The notes beneath the pieces are model-generated. The model worked only from the letters and a program-made list of their open reading frames with translations. It did not search any database and was not told the DNA's origin. A program made the translations under genes and the position numbers. Shown one piece after another: positions 36,134 through 39,586 of a stretch of DNA of 39,586 nucleotides (within the stretch, counting starts at the first letter, position 1; each line of letters opens with the position of its first letter). Origin of the DNA: a virus (Duplodnaviria > Caudoviricetes); IMG/VR virus record IMGVR_UViG_3300026518_000025, positions 1-39,586 of that record, one strand, 5' to 3'.

Positions 36134-37295
36134 AATACCAACTTTTAGTGAAGTTCTTTTTCTTACTTACAGCATTATAAACATCTTGATCAATACCAGA
36201 TATTAGAAAATTTATAATAACTTCTGATTTACGTTTCATCATATTTAATTGTCTTGATCTAACTTGTTCGTAAGTTTTATAAGCATGTCCCATTGAATAA
36301 ATTATCATGTGTTCAAAATGACTATAATCAACACCTTCAGCATTTGATGTAACACTTCCTACATTAGGATAAAGTTTGCTCAATAAATCTTGTTCAGCTT
36401 TAAAATAAGCTAAGATGATACATTCATTAGGATCAAAGTTATCGTTGATGTAGGATAGCTTAGGATTGTTTTTAAAGTACATTAGTATATCATCTTCACA
36501 TTTTACTACGCCACCAGATATTTGTCTTTTCTTAGTCATTAATGCTGAAGGGGTATCTCCTAAAATTGTATATTTCTTTTTTTCATAAACAAGATCTTTA
36601 TCTAAAATATTTATAACTTTTTGTTGCTTCTTAGATAACTCAATAATATGAAGTTTATCAACAGCGTCAAATTTATGTCCAGCTTCTTTACGTGTAATAT
36701 GAACAGTTAAAGGATCAATACATTTTTTAACCTTATTGCCTTTAGTTCTATCATAACGTTTAATATCAATACCATTTATTCTAATGCTGTAAGGTTTACC
36801 ATATTTTTCAAACCATTGTGTAAATCGTTTATATTTATTCCAAGGTGATTTATAAGACAATGCAAACATATTGAATAAACCAGAATAACCTTCAGGTGAT
36901 GGTGTACCTGAACTATAAATAATAGGAATACATTTTTTAGTAAAGTGAAATACATTTTGCCATATCGCTGAACGTTTAGGATAGCCTGGTATATAGTTAT
37001 GGCACTCATCTAAGATAACACAATCATAATCATTTTGATGTAACTTTTGACATGAATGATAATTAATCACATCAAAATGATTTTTAGGACCATAAGATTC
37101 AACAGCACCGATAATATCATCCATAGCTTTTTTAGTTGTAATTATAAGAGTTCTTTTGAATAATTTATCAGATGCGTCTATAAATGATAAAGTTTTACCT
37201 GAACGAGGTTCACCGGCTAAAAGGCAAACATCATAAATCTTGATCTTCTTTTGGATAGACTTAGAAGCTATTTCTTGATGAGGTAGGAGAGTCAT
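36123..37295 (-). CDS. SNF2-like SF2 helicase
   Basis: LLPHQ, PRSGKT, ILDECH, SGTP, Q...R; ATG 37295 with TAAGGA RBS. Confidence 0.85.
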   Translation of the reverse strand: MTLLPHQEIASKSIQKKIKIYDVCLLAGEPRSGKTLSFIDASDKLFKRTLIITTKKAMDDIIGAVESYGPKNHFDVINYHSCQKLHQNDYDCVILDECHNYIPGYPKRSAIWQNVFHFTKKCIPIIYSSGTPSPEGYSGLFNMFALSYKSPWNKYKRFTQWFEKYGKPYSIRINGIDIKRYDRTKGNKVKKCIDPLTVHITRKEAGHKFDAVDKLHIIELSKKQQKVINILDKDLVYEKKKYTILGDTPSALMTKKRQISGGVVKCEDDILMYFKNNPKLSYINDNFDPNECIILAYFKAEQDLLSKLYPNVGSVTSNAEGVDYSHFEHMIIYSMGHAYKTYEQVRSRQLNMMKRKSEVIINFLISGIDQDVYNAVSKKKNFTKSWYYGR

Positions 37296-37386
37296 ATCGA
37301 TCCTTATAGTCTTGATCTTGAACATAAATTATAGCAATTAAGACTATAATACCTAGGATTACTCCTAGAATATTTTTTAAATACAT
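37261..37386 (-). CDS. Small membrane peptide, 41 aa
   Basis: MYLKNILGVILGIIVLIAIIYVQD...; TAATG overlap with the dCTPase stop. Confidence 0.55.
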   Translation of the reverse strand: MYLKNILGVILGIIVLIAIIYVQDQDYKDRYDSPTSSRNSF

Positions 37387-37856
37387 TAGTATTTCGTCTT
37401 ATAGCGACGAAGATTTTCTGTATTCTTAGCAGCATACATTCTACCAATTTCAGCAGCATCCATTCTAAGAGCAATAAAAATGTTATTAACAAAATGCATA
37501 ATATCGATTGCTTCATATTTAAGTTCAAGCATTTCATTTTCATTAAGATCTTGCCACTTTTCAGCGCCTAAACTTACATGATCTGACTTCCATTTTTTCC
37601 AAATAGCAGAGTTATTTCCACCGATAGCTTCAATGAGCTCTGTAAACTCATCAGAAATAGCATCTCTGTTATCTCTAAACCATTCTTTTAACTCACCTTT
37701 AGATTCTATCATTGTTGGATCGATGTTGCTTAGAGGTAATCTAGCAGCCAAATCTATTTGTAAATTGCGTTGAAGATCAAGCATATCCTGAAAAGAAAAG
37801 TTCTCTTCAGGTATTTCAAGATCTGCACATTGATTTTCTGGTTGATTAGATTTCAT
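37386..37856 (-). CDS. dCTP/dUTP pyrophosphatase (T4 gp56-like)
   Basis: NQCADL, MLDLQRNLQ, DEFTEL, SAIWKKWK, YEAIDIMHF, KN..N..R, collinear with T4 gp56 as recalled (MLDMQRFLQ, DEFREL, SAVWKKWK, FELVDIFHF). Confidence 0.87.
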   Translation of the reverse strand: MKSNQPENQCADLEIPEENFSFQDMLDLQRNLQIDLAARLPLSNIDPTMIESKGELKEWFRDNRDAISDEFTELIEAIGGNNSAIWKKWKSDHVSLGAEKWQDLNENEMLELKYEAIDIMHFVNNIFIALRMDAAEIGRMYAAKNTENLRRYKTKY

Positions 37857-38749
37857 TATTTACTCCCTTTTTTAAGTTTCCAAATAACATTTCTAGATTG
37901 TTTAGGAAACATTGGTGCCATCAAAATTGATGTAACATTACTATCATAATATTTGCTTAGTTCATTGAAGACATATTGCTGATGTTCATTCATTTCAGAT
38001 TTATAATCTTTCATTGAAGCAAAAGTACCATAAGTTTCTTCAATTTCAAAGCCTGATTTTTTAATAAGTTTTTCCATCTCTTCGTATGTGTACTCGTTTA
38101 CTTCACCATCAACAACATGGTTACCAGCTGCAGCAGTATTATGATCATAAACAGGAGTTGAGATAAGAACAGTAGTATTATCATTACAATGGTTTCTAAG
38201 ATTTTTAAGATACTTTTTACCATTAGAAACTCCAACATGTTCAATAACTTCAAAACTTGTAATAATATCCCAGTCAGTTCCATAATCAACATCATTTACA
38301 AGATCAGCTTGTTTAAAATCAATCCAAGGAACTTTTGCATATTTTTCATTTGCTTTATCAACAGTTCCTTGTTTATACTCAAGACCTAGATATTGTGATT
38401 GTTTGAATTGGTTACGATATAAAACCTCAACAAGATTACCACTACCTGAACCAAAATCTAAAACTTTACCACCAATTTTAGCAAGTTTAAGAACATGTGT
38501 CCATCTAAAATAATGAGCAAATTGATCACGATGAAAGATATGACGCTCAAATGCTTTATCAGGATCTAACTGTGTATTGTTATAAGGCTTAGCTTTAATA
38601 TCAATTTTCTTTTCAGTAAACACCTCATCTTTTGGATATGGTTTATCAGAACATTTAACCCATACTTGATCGCCGTCTATCTTTGTTACCTTAGTTTTCT
38701 TTTGTTGTCCTTTTTTATTAAGAACGTAAACTGTGTCTTTATTTTTCAT
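37856..38749 (-). CDS. Class I SAM-dependent methyltransferase (small-molecule / UbiG-like)
   Basis: VLDFGSGSG motif I, YLGLE motif II, ITSFEVIEHV, ISTP; no PC or (D/N/S)PP(Y/F) DNA-methyltransferase motif. Confidence 0.85.
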   Translation of the reverse strand: MKNKDTVYVLNKKGQQKKTKVTKIDGDQVWVKCSDKPYPKDEVFTEKKIDIKAKPYNNTQLDPDKAFERHIFHRDQFAHYFRWTHVLKLAKIGGKVLDFGSGSGNLVEVLYRNQFKQSQYLGLEYKQGTVDKANEKYAKVPWIDFKQADLVNDVDYGTDWDIITSFEVIEHVGVSNGKKYLKNLRNHCNDNTTVLISTPVYDHNTAAAGNHVVDGEVNEYTYEEMEKLIKKSGFEIEETYGTFASMKDYKSEMNEHQQYVFNELSKYYDSNVTSILMAPMFPKQSRNVIWKLKKGSK

Positions 38750-39206
38750 TATGTTTCTCCATTTTAATTTTACATTTTTCTAAGTATTCAATACCACCAT
38801 CATCTCTATAAACTTCGTTATAAACAACTCTCTTAATACCACAAGAAGCAATAAGTTTTGCACATGTTTTACATGGACTTAATGTCAAATATAATGTAGC
38901 ACCTTCAAGAGGTATTCCATTTCTTGCGCAATAAGATATTGCATTTTGTTCAGCATGCAAAACAAATTCAGAAGTTACGTAACCTTTATTTTGACAAGTA
39001 TTGCAACCAAGGCCTATACCATGACAATCTGGACATTCTTCTTCACATTCATTAGATAATCCAGGTAATGTTCCATTGTAACCATTAGCTATGATTCTGT
39101 TATCCTTAGCTATAACACAGCCAACTTTATTACGTTTAGCATGAGATAACTGTGCAAATGCTGCAGAAGTTATTATCATGGCTTTATCAAATTTTAATTG
39201 TTTCAT
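38739..39206 (-). CDS. dCMP deaminase
   Basis: VGCVI, GYNG, HAEQNAI, SPCKTCAK. Confidence 0.93.
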   Translation of the reverse strand: MKQLKFDKAMIITSAAFAQLSHAKRNKVGCVIAKDNRIIANGYNGTLPGLSNECEEECPDCHGIGLGCNTCQNKGYVTSEFVLHAEQNAISYCARNGIPLEGATLYLTLSPCKTCAKLIASCGIKRVVYNEVYRDDGGIEYLEKCKIKMEKHNEK

Positions 39207-39207
39207 C

Positions 39208-39586
39208 TTATTTTACCAACTTGAAATGTTTTTCATATACGTGAAGACTTGACGCTTGCCAAATAATATCACCAACAGGAATTCCTAAATCTGATGATAA
39301 ATAATTAAGTACATATTTTTGCCATGCATAATCATTTTTAAATCCAAAAACAACATCGTTAGATCTCATTTTAACAACAGCATTAAGTTTGTCATCTCTT
39401 ATGAAATAATCAACGCCCAACGTGCAACAGAAGTCACTCATACCATTTACATAATAATCTGTATGCATTGAAGGTCTTGTATAAATCATTTCAGCGCGTC
39501 TAGAAGATGGATTTTTACTTAACTCATTAACAACATTTTCATATTGATTTCCATTGTCAGGTGAAAATATCATCCAACCATAATTT
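39208..39586 (-). CDS. dCMP hydroxymethylase (T4 gp42-like), 3' part of the junction-spanning gene
   Basis: SRR..MIYTRPSM, MSDFCCT (catalytic Cys), MRSNDVVFGFKNDYAWQKYVL (Asp at the dCMP-specificity position), SLHVY. Confidence 0.9.
   Translation of the reverse strand, partial: NYGWMIFSPDNGNQYENVVNELSKNPSSRRAEMIYTRPSMHTDYYVNGMSDFCCTLGVDYFIRDDKLNAVVKMRSNDVVFGFKNDYAWQKYVLNYLSSDLGIPVGDIIWQASSLHVYEKHFKLVK
39460..39586. repeat. Terminal direct repeat, right copy
   Basis: Identical to 1-127. Confidence 0.97.

Noticed and set aside
4322-38389. Other short overlapping or antisense ORFs in the track (e.g. 4322, 4444, 5888, 6092, 8079, 10034, 14530, 15213, 17063, 17260, 19774, 22826, 25094, 25577, 29378, 30942, 32402, 33427, 35320, 36776, 37304, 38098, 38189)
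   Set aside because: They lie within or opposite well-supported genes and lack start signals or recognisable motifs.
37856-38749. Orphan DNA methyltransferase (C5 or N6/N4)
   Set aside because: No PC/ENV or (D/N/S)PP(Y/F) catalytic motifs; the pattern fits small-molecule methyltransferases.
39208-39573. 121-aa truncated thymidylate synthase pseudogene
   Set aside because: The gene is intact across the junction and has Asp, not Asn, at the specificity position.
39460-39586. 127-bp terminal repeat as a physical phage terminal repeat
   Set aside because: It falls in the middle of a gene and 127 is a common assembler k-mer length; best read as circular overlap.
1-39586. Stop-codon reassignment, introns, inteins, diversity-generating retroelement or integrase
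   Set aside because: Genes are full length and densely packed in the standard code; polymerase, terminase and NrdB are uninterrupted; no reverse transcriptase or recombinase motifs seen.

Overview
The window is an apparently complete, circularly permuted genome (39,459 bp unique; bases 1-127 are repeated at 39460-39586) of an AT-rich, probably lytic tailed phage with a contractile tail. No integrase, CI-like repressor, tRNA or CRISPR array was seen. ThyX, NrdB and the promoter style point to a Campylobacterota host (inference). A leftward early arm runs from 7.1 kb through the junction to 35.9 kb: SSB, DnaQ exonuclease, family B polymerase, 5'-3' exonuclease, orphan NrdB, a nucleotide-modification operon, SNF2-like helicase and VRR-NUC nuclease. 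A rightward arm carries Dda-like helicase, primase-helicase, ThyX, terminase, lysis cassette, head, tail, baseplate and tailspike genes. The main candidate for an undescribed system is the operon split by the contig ends: DUF6378-like protein, T4 gp42-type dCMP hydroxymethylase, dCMP deaminase, small-molecule-type SAM methyltransferase and T4 gp56-type dCTPase, with no glucosyltransferase or dNMP kinase recognised. This suggests a new cytosine hypermodification. Other signals read directly from the DNA are strong avoidance of GATGC/GCATC, two promoter classes, a nested scaffold gene with its own promoter, a -1 frameshift in the tail chaperone, and three structured RNA elements (a C4-like three-way junction and two anti-Shine-Dalgarno elements). 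Family assignments come from motif recognition by eye, not database searches.
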